Source of the DNA: Candidatus Moranbacteria bacterium GW2011_GWA2_39_41
GTDB lineage: Bacteria > Patescibacteriota > Minisyncoccia > Moranbacterales > UBA2206
DNA length: 53,034 nt
Reading direction: 5' to 3'
Assembly (NCBI GenBank): GCA_000995125.1
Contig: LBXA01000002.1
Span: 1 to 53,034, forward strand
In this document: positions 19,779 to 27,511 of the stretch, piece after piece
Layout: each line of letters opens with the position of its first letter
Numbering within the stretch: position 1 is the stretch's first letter
Notes under the pieces: generated by a model
Database searches by the model: none
What the model was told of the DNA's origin: nothing
What the model saw: the letters and a program-made list of their open reading frames with translations, nothing else
Translations under genes and position numbers: made by a program

Positions 19779-19991
19779 ATGAAAAAGAAAATAAAAGCTG
19801 AAACACGACCTGCCAGCAATGCCACTCCAAACAAAAAGCATTTCAAATTATTGACTGATATGGATTCTGATGAATTACTAATCAACTACGGAAATAGCGT
19901 GGCAGGCGGGGAATCCAAAAAGAAGCTGAAAATGAAAGTTTCAGGCAAGAGTGTTTTCAAGTTGAAAGAAATTATTATCAAAAAAGCCTAG
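19779..19991 (+). CDS. small Lys-rich hypothetical protein
   Basis: Open frame MKKKIKAETRP.... The start is uncertain: in-frame alternatives are TTG 19746 and ATG 19770. No motif recognised. Confidence 0.4.
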   Translation: MKKKIKAETRPASNATPNKKHFKLLTDMDSDELLINYGNSVAGGESKKKLKMKVSGKSVFKLKEIIIKKA

Positions 19992-20054
19992 CTCAAATGA
20001 ATTGACCAAATCAAGTCAATGTGCTAAGCTACTATAAGTTTTAAATAAAGAAAT

Positions 20055-20417
20055 ATGAAGCTAATACTACGAATTTTAGCCAATTGTGCCGCTATTCTCA
20101 TAGCCGCCAAATACATCCCCGGATTCATTTTTTCCGGTTCTCCAACAGATCTTTTGATTGCTGGAGCGGTGATTGGATTGATTAACGGCCTAATCAGGCC
20201 AATTGTTGAGCTGATTGCTCTACCTGTCATACTTTTGACTCTTGGGCTATTTGACATCATTATTAATGTAGGCTTACTTCTATTGGCGGACAAATTTCTG
20301 ACTCAACTAACAATCAAGGGTTTCTGGCCAGCTTTTTGGGGTGTGGTCATCATCAGTCTAGTCAATCATCTGATCTCACATTTCAGCAAAAAAACTGGAG
20401 ATATAAATAAATATTAA
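20055..20417 (+). CDS. phage-holin-family (PF04020/YvlD-like) membrane protein
   Basis: Small protein with four hydrophobic segments, including LIAAKYIPGF and GLINGLIRPIV, which are typical of this family. Confidence 0.7.
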   Translation: MKLILRILANCAAILIAAKYIPGFIFSGSPTDLLIAGAVIGLINGLIRPIVELIALPVILLTLGLFDIIINVGLLLLADKFLTQLTIKGFWPAFWGVVIISLVNHLISHFSKKTGDINKY

Positions 20418-20424
20418 AAAACAT

Positions 20425-20655
20425 ATGTTAAAAATCATCAACATCGCTGAAATTATTGTTGCTGTCCTGCTCATCATTTCAATTCTTATGCAAAATCGCG
20501 GTGCCGGTCTATCTTCAACTTTTGGTGGAGATTTTGGCGGCTATTATAGCAAACGAGGATTCGAAAAATTTCTAACTTTATTCTCTTCCTCGCTAGCTGT
20601 AATTTTTGTTATTCTAGCCATCATCAACCTAGTGCTGGCTAACAAAATTTCATAA
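20425..20655 (+). CDS. secG: preprotein translocase subunit SecG
   Basis: 76 aa with two TM helices and the LLIISILMQNRGAGLSSTFGG signature. Confidence 0.85.
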   Translation: MLKIINIAEIIVAVLLIISILMQNRGAGLSSTFGGDFGGYYSKRGFEKFLTLFSSSLAVIFVILAIINLVLANKIS

Positions 20656-20789
20656 TCAGTAACACAAAACATATTAGTAACAACTTCAAAAATCGCTTCT
20701 CTTTCGGTCAGTTATCTAAAATAACTCAGGTTCTTAATCTAAAAGAAAAAGTCGCTTTTTATTCCCTGCTTATCATCCTAATCGGATCT

Positions 20790-22382
20790 TTGATTGGCTG
20801 GAGCTTGCTATCTTATTATTCCAAAACAACTGCCATTGCCGATTTTGGTGGAGAATACATCGAGGGTGCAGTTGGACAACCATCACATATCAATCCAATT
20901 CTTTCAGTTTCCAACAACACTGATGATGACCTAACTCAAATGATTTTTAGTGGTCTTTTTAAATACGACAACCAAGGCAAACTTATCAATGACCTTGTTT
21001 CCCACTATGAAGTTTCTGAGGACAAGACGCTATATACTGTTCATTTGAAAACCAATGCTGTTTGGCATGATGGACAACCCTTGACCGCCGCTGATGTCTT
21101 GTTCACCATCAATCTCATCGCTGACCCAGCCTACAAAAGCCCCTTGCGCTCGAATTGGCAAGGTATCGAGACTGACAGCGCTGATGATTATACCTTGAAT
21201 TTTCAGATCAAAACTCCCTACGTTGGATTTCTCAACAATCTAACTTTTGGAATTTTGCCAAAACATATCTGGGAATCAGTTGGGCCAGAAAAATTTGCCC
21301 TAACAAGTTTGAATCTAGAGCCAATTGGAAGTGGTCCCTACAAATACAACCCGTCATATATGAAAGATTCTTCTGGCAACATTCTTTCCTACAAATTAGT
21401 AGCCAATCCAAACTACTTTGGCAGCAAGCCCTATATTTCAAAAATAACCTTCAATTTCTATCCGGATGATGATGCGGTTATTTCAGCCTACAATCAAAAA
21501 GAAATCATGGGTATCAGCAATGTTTCTCCCAAAAAACTCACTGAACTCAAACTTCAGCAAAGCACTTCGGCTCACAAATTCAACATCCCTAGATATTTTG
21601 CTGTTTTCTTCAATCAAACCAAGAGTATATCTTTGGCTGATGACGAAGTGCGTGAGGCTTTGAGTCTGGCCACTAACCGCCAAGAAATCATTCAAAATGT
21701 TTTGGACGGCAATGGCAATCCAGTCTATTCGCCTATTCTAGCTGGCATGATTGGTTATGATGTTGATGCCAGCAAAACTGATTTTGACTTAGACAAGGCT
21801 AACAAAATCCTTGACGATGCCAAATGGAAGCGCGGTGATGATGGCTGGAGAAGCAAAGATAAAACACCCCTGCAAATCAATCTCGTGACCACTGATTGGC
21901 CGGAGCTGTCTCAAACTGCTGAAGTCATCAAGGCACAATGGGAAAAAGTTGGCGTGAAAGTTGAAGTCAACAATCTATCTATTTCTGATATTCAACAAAA
22001 TTACATTCGTCCACGAGAATATGATGCCATTCTATTTGGACAAGTTATGGGCGCTGACCCAGACCCATATTCCTTCTGGCACTCAACTCAAAAGAGAGAT
22101 CCGGGTCTAAACCTTGCTCTCTTTGGTGACTCTGACACAGACAAACTCATTGAGGATGGTCGCACAGAATTTGACATCAACAAACGCGCTGAAATCTATC
22201 ACGAATTTCAAGAAAAACTTTCTGTTGAAATTCCAGCCGTGTTTCTCTACAGTCCCGACTATGTCTATCCAGTCAACAAAAAAGTTCAAGGCATCGACAT
22301 CACAAACTTGATTCTACCATCCGAACGCTTCGCCAACATCGACAAGTGGTACATCAATACCAAAAGAATTTGGAATAAATAA
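20790..22382 (+). CDS. ABC transporter substrate-binding protein, family 5 (peptide/nickel type)
   Basis: SBP_bac_5-like sequence throughout. The true start is probably upstream: the in-frame TM-like sequence KVAFYSLLIILIGS precedes the TTG at 20790 (see findings). Confidence 0.85.
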   Translation: MIGWSLLSYYSKTTAIADFGGEYIEGAVGQPSHINPILSVSNNTDDDLTQMIFSGLFKYDNQGKLINDLVSHYEVSEDKTLYTVHLKTNAVWHDGQPLTAADVLFTINLIADPAYKSPLRSNWQGIETDSADDYTLNFQIKTPYVGFLNNLTFGILPKHIWESVGPEKFALTSLNLEPIGSGPYKYNPSYMKDSSGNILSYKLVANPNYFGSKPYISKITFNFYPDDDAVISAYNQKEIMGISNVSPKKLTELKLQQSTSAHKFNIPRYFAVFFNQTKSISLADDEVREALSLATNRQEIIQNVLDGNGNPVYSPILAGMIGYDVDASKTDFDLDKANKILDDAKWKRGDDGWRSKDKTPLQINLVTTDWPELSQTAEVIKAQWEKVGVKVEVNNLSISDIQQNYIRPREYDAILFGQVMGADPDPYSFWHSTQKRDPGLNLALFGDSDTDKLIEDGRTEFDINKRAEIYHEFQEKLSVEIPAVFLYSPDYVYPVNKKVQGIDITNLILPSERFANIDKWYINTKRIWNK

Positions 22383-22386
22383 TATC

Positions 22387-22496
22387 CTACGAATTACGAA
22401 ATTATACGAATGTACTAATGTGAGGTATAATTAGCTTTAGCGTAGTATAAAATTGTATTTATATTTCGTACATTCGTACAAATTCGTAATTCGTAG
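22387..22496. repeat. 110-nt inverted repeat built from TACGAAT words
   Basis: Left arm CTACGAATTACGAAATTATACGAATGTAC pairs with right arm GTACATTCGTACAAATTCGTAATTCGTAG at 27/29. The 52-nt loop contains GGTATAAT. Confidence 0.85.
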
Positions 22497-22511
22497 AATA
22501 AAATAAAAACT

Positions 22512-23120
22512 ATGCAAGTCGATTTTACTAATGTTCCCAAACACTATGCTTCACGCACTCACGAGAAAATGTCGGAAGTTCTGATGGATCCTAATGGTGC
22601 TGGTCCAGCCATTCATTATTACATGATTCGCGGTGGCGTTGACCAAAAAAACACGACCGTTTGGGAACCAGGCACAATCTCTGGCGAATACATCAAAACT
22701 TATGGTCACTACCACGTTGGTGAGTTGAGCGAAACATATTTCATCGCCTATGGTCAAGGCGTGGCACTTTTACAAAAATTAGCTGAGGATGAAAATGGCG
22801 AAATGATTCCAGATACCGTAGCCGAGTTCAAAGCCATTTCAGTCAAAACCGGTGATGAATTGTTTATGCCAGCTAAGTTCGGCCATTTGGTCGCCAATAC
22901 TGGCTCAACTTATTTCGTGACAATTGACGACAGTCCTGTAGATTTTGAAGATCGTGACCCATCCAGCTTTCCAGGACATGCTGATTATTCGCTAGTTAAG
23001 CAAATGCGAGGTTTCGCCTATTATGTTATTGAACATGCAGGAAAACCCGCACTTAAAAGAAACATGCTCTACAAAACTATCCTGAAAGAAGACCTGGGTG
23101 GTTTGCCAGTAATTGACTAA
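22512..23120 (+). CDS. cupin-type (archaeal-type) glucose-6-phosphate isomerase
   Basis: The GHYH...SETYF and FGHLVANTG metal-ligand motifs resemble cupin PGI (PF06560). Confidence 0.75.
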   Translation: MQVDFTNVPKHYASRTHEKMSEVLMDPNGAGPAIHYYMIRGGVDQKNTTVWEPGTISGEYIKTYGHYHVGELSETYFIAYGQGVALLQKLAEDENGEMIPDTVAEFKAISVKTGDELFMPAKFGHLVANTGSTYFVTIDDSPVDFEDRDPSSFPGHADYSLVKQMRGFAYYVIEHAGKPALKRNMLYKTILKEDLGGLPVID

Positions 23121-23137
23121 CTATTATTCAAAAAAAT

Positions 23138-24523
23138 ATGTACAGCGTAATTCTTTGCGGTGGATCTGGCACTCGACTTTGGCCACTATCTCGCAAAAGT
23201 TTTCCCAAACAATTTTTGAGTTTGTATTTAGACAAATCTCTCTTGCAAGAAACTTTTTTACGAATGCAAAAAATTATGCCCGCGGAGCAAATATATTTCG
23301 TCACTAATCGGGATAACTATTTCAATGTTCTCGACCAGATGAAAGAAGTTTTTCCGCAGTTGCGCCCAGAGCAAATCATCACTGAACCAGAAGCCAAAAA
23401 TACCGCCCCAGCTATTGCTCTGACTTTGAAATATTTAGTGGAAAAAGAAGGAATTTCCAATACTGCTCCGGTTATTTTTCTGCCATCTGATCATAGTATC
23501 GCTAATATCGATGCCTTTGTGAAAGTTACGCAATCAGCCATGCATAAAGTGGCTGACAATATTGGCACCATCGGCATCACCCCCACTTCTCCGGAAACCG
23601 GTTATGGTTATATTAAGAAAGGCAAAATGAACAATGGTCGTTTTCAAGTTATACAATTCAAAGAAAAACCAGACAGAAAAACCGCGGAAGGATACATTGC
23701 TACAGGACAATACGTTTGGAACAGTGGAATGTACATCTTCAGCGAAGCCACTTTTTCTTCAGAATTAGCCAAACATGCGCCAGAAATTTTCACTGAATAC
23801 GAAAAAGGTTTTGAATCTTTGGAGCAAAATTTCAAAAATTTACCATCCGATTCTATTGACTATGTCCTAAGCGAAAAATCTGATAAAGTCATCACCTTTG
23901 AAGGTGACTTTGGTTGGAGTGATATTGGTTCTTTTGATGCTCTAGCGGAAATTATGCAAGCTAAAGATATTCACCAAAAAAATCATGTTTTCATTGATTC
24001 GAAGAATATTTTTGCTCATTCTGCCACCAACAAGCTGATTGCCACTTCTGATGTAGAAGATCTCATTATCATTGAAAATGATGATTGCATCTTGGTGCAA
24101 AAGAAAGGCAAAAGTGAAAGCGTAAAAAAGATCGTTGAATATTTGAAAGCCAACAACTACAAAGAAGTTGATCACAAAATTATGGGCTATCGTCCATGGG
24201 GCAAATATCGCGTTTTGGTGGATGATGCCAATCACAAAGTCAAAAAACTAACCGTCTATCCGGGAGCCACTCTCTCTTTGCAATCTCACAAAAGGCGCAG
24301 TGAGCATTGGGTAGTAGTGAAAGGCACTGCTCTGGTTATCAATGGTGAGCAAGAACTGACTCTACAAGAGAATGAAAGCACCTACATTCCAGCTACTCGC
24401 AAACATCGCTTGTCTAACCTAGGTAAAACCAATTTGGAAATCATTGAGGTGCAAACTGGTGATTATTTTGAAGAAGATGATATCATTCGTTATGATGATA
24501 TTTATAATCGACTTGAAAAATAA
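23138..24523 (+). CDS. manC: mannose-1-phosphate guanylyltransferase / mannose-6-phosphate isomerase
   Basis: N-terminal ILCGGSGTRLWPLSR and a C-terminal cupin PWGKYRVL...HKRRSEHWVVVKGTA. Confidence 0.9.
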   Translation: MYSVILCGGSGTRLWPLSRKSFPKQFLSLYLDKSLLQETFLRMQKIMPAEQIYFVTNRDNYFNVLDQMKEVFPQLRPEQIITEPEAKNTAPAIALTLKYLVEKEGISNTAPVIFLPSDHSIANIDAFVKVTQSAMHKVADNIGTIGITPTSPETGYGYIKKGKMNNGRFQVIQFKEKPDRKTAEGYIATGQYVWNSGMYIFSEATFSSELAKHAPEIFTEYEKGFESLEQNFKNLPSDSIDYVLSEKSDKVITFEGDFGWSDIGSFDALAEIMQAKDIHQKNHVFIDSKNIFAHSATNKLIATSDVEDLIIIENDDCILVQKKGKSESVKKIVEYLKANNYKEVDHKIMGYRPWGKYRVLVDDANHKVKKLTVYPGATLSLQSHKRRSEHWVVVKGTALVINGEQELTLQENESTYIPATRKHRLSNLGKTNLEIIEVQTGDYFEEDDIIRYDDIYNRLEK

Positions 24524-24777
24524 ATTCTTTTCCTATCCCAATAGCTACTTTAGTAGCCGCGTGTGTTTGAGCGAGTTGTTGCTCTTCAAAAATTCCTCCA
24601 TTTGGCATATACTGCCAGTAGGCAAGTTATTCATATTGATCTTCATATATCTATTATGAATGACACTTGACCTTCCTGCAAAATGGGCTTTCGGGCTCAT
24701 TTTGTATTGGAATTGGTACCTCGTTCAGTCTTATCTTGTATTGGACAAGACTCTCACTATGCCAAAAGTCAAAAAAA

Positions 24778-24786
24778 TGGTATAAT
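24778..24786 (+). promoter_or_regulatory. extended -10 box TGGTATAAT
   Basis: TGnTATAAT lies 39 nt upstream of ATG 24826. Confidence 0.4.
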
Positions 24787-24825
24787 TAAAATATATAAAA
24801 TAATTTTTTTAAATAATTTCTTTTA

Positions 24826-25899
24826 ATGAGTGTTAAAAAGAAAATTTTTTTAGACGGACTACATAAAGAAGAAAGTGAGATAAGTTTTTTTGATCTTTCG
24901 ATGGCTCGCTTTGTAGGTAAATATAAAAATTCATCAACTTTTCTGTCTAAAAAAGGACGAACGGAGTTTTTTTATACGGAAGATTCTAATCGCTACATCA
25001 CTCCAGCTGAATTCCGCAAAATTGAAAAAGGCGAGCGCATTGCGCGAGTTTTTAATCGCTTGGATAGCGCTCTCTCTAGGGATTTCAAGAAGACTAGAAT
25101 TTATTCGATAGGTCAACGAGACATTGTTTATGTTAATATCAAGAGAAGATATGAAAGCCTCGGAAATTATATTAAAGATTTGCTGAATGGCGCAGTTCAG
25201 GGTGTGACTGTGGCTCGCATGTGGAATTTGTCAATTGTGGGAGCGGTTATTTTTGGAATGTTGACGATGACGATGATTTATAAATATTTAGGTCAAAATG
25301 TATCAGCCGCTATTGAGGATGCAACTGCGGTAACTCAGGCTGAACAGGCTTCAGCGTTGATCGGCTATGCCGGGGACAATGTGGTAGATGCCAAGAGCGC
25401 TCAAGACAGCTCAGTTGATGACATCGATACTTCTTTTGTGACAAAGCTCTTGGAACAAGCAGAGGAAAAGGAGGATGGCGAATTTGAACAAGAATTGCGT
25501 GAAATGGTGAGGGGTTATCCAATTGAAGTAATGATTCCAGAAATTGTCAAGCAAAATCGAATCGTAGCTGCTTTTATTGTAGCGATTGCCAAAAAGGAAA
25601 GCGCCTGGGGCAAGCGTGTTCCAGTTTTGGATGGTCAGGATTGTTATAATTATTGGGGGTATCGTGGTATTCGTGACAAAATGGGCACTGGCGGACATAC
25701 TTGCTTTGATAGTCCGGAAGATGCTGTGGCGACTGTAGCCAAGCGGATTGGCTTTTTGGTTTCAAATAAGAAACTCACTACCCCAGACGAGATGGTTATT
25801 TGGAAATGTGGTTCAAATTGCGCTGTGACAGGTGGACAAGCGGCAGCTAACAAATGGATTTCTGATGTTTCAATGTATTTCGATAAGTTAAATAAATAA
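24826..25899 (+). CDS. membrane-anchored protein with a C-terminal GH73-like (glucosaminidase/FlgJ-like) domain, paralog 1
   Basis: Central TM helix. In the C-terminal 128 aa, AIAKKESAWGK resembles the catalytic (L)ESGWG motif. NYWGYRG, four conserved Cys, and GGQAAANKWISDV are shared with 26099-26821. Confidence 0.6.
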   Translation: MSVKKKIFLDGLHKEESEISFFDLSMARFVGKYKNSSTFLSKKGRTEFFYTEDSNRYITPAEFRKIEKGERIARVFNRLDSALSRDFKKTRIYSIGQRDIVYVNIKRRYESLGNYIKDLLNGAVQGVTVARMWNLSIVGAVIFGMLTMTMIYKYLGQNVSAAIEDATAVTQAEQASALIGYAGDNVVDAKSAQDSSVDDIDTSFVTKLLEQAEEKEDGEFEQELREMVRGYPIEVMIPEIVKQNRIVAAFIVAIAKKESAWGKRVPVLDGQDCYNYWGYRGIRDKMGTGGHTCFDSPEDAVATVAKRIGFLVSNKKLTTPDEMVIWKCGSNCAVTGGQAAANKWISDVSMYFDKLNK

Positions 25900-25920
25900 A
25901 AAATAACTTTATATAATGGG

Positions 25921-25947
25921 AAAACCGGATTTTAGTCCGGTTTTTTC
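25921..25947 (+). terminator. intrinsic terminator
   Basis: AAAACCGGA-TTTTAG-TCCGGTTTTTT. Confidence 0.75.
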
Positions 25948-26057
25948 TTTGGCTTATTTGAGCCATTTTACCAATTGACAGGGTTTGGGGATTTTGCTAT
26001 GATAGATAGCGTCGTTCAAAAAACCGTGTGTCTAAATTTACTTTCGAGTAAATGGGG

Positions 26058-26077
26058 CCTGCCTGCCGGTAGGCAGG
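26058..26077. repeat. 20-nt GC-rich palindrome CCTGCCTGCCGGTAGGCAGG (copy A)
   Basis: It differs by one base from the perfect palindrome at 26981-27000. A TATAAT box lies at 26081-26086, and ATG 26099 is 22 nt downstream of the palindrome. Confidence 0.85.
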
Positions 26078-26098
26078 GATTATAATTCTAAATTTGTA

Positions 26099-26821
26099 AT
26101 GGCAATAACTATTATGATTGATCCACTGCCGAGTCTCAGAAAATTGAGAGACATCTATGAAAAGATAGATAAGGCTAAAAAGAATCACATCAAATTATCA
26201 ATAACTATTCTCATGCTGAGCATGGGGCTATTTTTTTACTTTGTATCTGACAATCAGGCTTTGGCTCGCAAGAATGAAGAGCTTTTGAAAGTTGCACCAG
26301 AAACCATTGATCCGCTATATAAAATTGGCAAAGGCCTGCAAATGGTTGAGTGTGCTAAGAACAGTTCTTGTGCTAAAGAAATTTTGGCACCAACGCATAT
26401 TGTTGAGGTTGATAATTCAATTTTAGCTGAAACAGTGGGCGACTCTCCAATGGCTGAGATGGTGCCGGCCTTGAAACAGAGAAGTAAGGAGGTGTCAGCC
26501 TATTTGGTTGCGATTGCTAAGAAAGAGAGTGACTGGGGCAAGCATTCGCCGAAGAAAGGTGGCAAAGAATGTTTCAATTATTGGGGTTATCGTGGCAAGG
26601 AAGACACCACAGATTCTGGTTATAGCTGTTTTGATTCTCCAGATCATGCCGTTTCAGTAGTTGGCGACAGAATTGAAAAGCTTTTAGATCAAAACATCAA
26701 GACACCAGCACAAATGGTAGTTTGGAAGTGTGGCAGAGATTGTGAAGCCGCTGGCGGACAAGCCGCAGCTAACAAATGGATCTCGGATGTTAAGCGATAT
26801 TATGATAAACTAAACTCATAA
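26099..26821 (+). CDS. membrane-anchored protein with a C-terminal GH73-like domain, paralog 2
   Basis: TM helix LSITILMLSMGLFFYFV. The C-terminal domain AIAKKESDWGK...NYWGYRG...GGQAAANKWISDV is clearly homologous to 25513-25896. Confidence 0.6.
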   Translation: MAITIMIDPLPSLRKLRDIYEKIDKAKKNHIKLSITILMLSMGLFFYFVSDNQALARKNEELLKVAPETIDPLYKIGKGLQMVECAKNSSCAKEILAPTHIVEVDNSILAETVGDSPMAEMVPALKQRSKEVSAYLVAIAKKESDWGKHSPKKGGKECFNYWGYRGKEDTTDSGYSCFDSPDHAVSVVGDRIEKLLDQNIKTPAQMVVWKCGRDCEAAGGQAAANKWISDVKRYYDKLNS

Positions 26822-26980
26822 CAGGGCTAATTTTCTTTTGGCAGCAAAAGAAAGTTACAAAGAAAACTGCTGGCGTCGGCTCGTGCTGTCTAAATTTCTA
26901 GCTTACTCGCTAAAATTCCAATAAGAACGCTAAAAAGAAATCTAGTATGTAATTTCTTAACGCTCATGCGCTGAAATTTA

Positions 26981-27000
26981 CCTGCCTGCCGGCAGGCAGG
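26981..27000. repeat. 20-nt perfect palindrome CCTGCCTGCCGGCAGGCAGG (copy B)
   Basis: Exactly self-complementary (10+10). Confidence 0.9.
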
Positions 27001-27060
27001 GAAACGCACTTCGCAAGGCGCGGAATTATTTTTTTAAAACTAACTAAAAACAAAATCTAT

Positions 27061-27408
27061 ATGGCTATACAAAATATTAATGGCAAGGAGTTAAAAAAGA
27101 TGCTGGATACAAATTCAGCTGAATTGGAAATTATTGATGTTCGGGAACAGGATGAATATGATTTGATCAAAATTAAGGGCTCAAAGCTGATTCCTTTGTC
27201 TGAGATTGGACCCAGAATAAACGAAATTGATTGGAGCAAGAAAGTCATCTTGGTTTGTCGCAGTGGTTCTCGCAGTGGTTACATCGCTCAAATGCTGGCC
27301 GCACATGGAAAGGACACAATCAACTTGGCTGGTGGCATCTATGAACTGAACTTGGATAAGTGTGATTGTCTGGAAAAAGACCCAGGTTGTTGCGGAGGGT
27401 ATTTTTAA
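27061..27408 (+). CDS. rhodanese-like domain protein with a Cys-rich C-terminal tail
   Basis: Active-site loop is VLVCRSGSRSG. The tail is DKCDCLEKDPGCCGGYF. Confidence 0.8.
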   Translation: MAIQNINGKELKKMLDTNSAELEIIDVREQDEYDLIKIKGSKLIPLSEIGPRINEIDWSKKVILVCRSGSRSGYIAQMLAAHGKDTINLAGGIYELNLDKCDCLEKDPGCCGGYF

Positions 27409-27440
27409 AGTTAAAAGTCTGTAAAGTTCGTAAAGTCCAT

Positions 27441-27466
27441 AAAGAGCGGGGAACCGCTTTTTTTTG
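27441..27466 (+). terminator. intrinsic terminator
   Basis: AAAGAGCGG-GGAA-CCGCTTTTTTTT. Confidence 0.75.
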
Positions 27467-27511
27467 TGATAAAAATAGTGTAAAATTGGGATATAAAGAG
27501 TAATACATATA

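Noticed and set aside
20055-20417. A prophage inferred from the phage-holin-family gene
   Set aside because: No other phage genes (lysin, terminase, capsid, integrase) are adjacent. This family is widespread as a chromosomal membrane protein.
24444-24659. ORF 24444-24659 (71 aa) as a gene
   Set aside because: It overlaps the 3' end of manC, continues into structured non-coding sequence, and has a hydrophobic low-complexity product with no motif.
25997-26188. Minus-strand ORF 25997-26188
   Set aside because: It spans the GC palindrome and the promoter and start of the plus-strand gene 26099. The sequence is better explained as regulatory or repeat sequence.
26058-27000. An integron-type gene cassette bounded by attC-like palindromes
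   Set aside because: No integrase or attI is present in the window, and the 20-nt palindromes are much shorter than attC sites. I kept this only as a loose cassette hypothesis in the findings.
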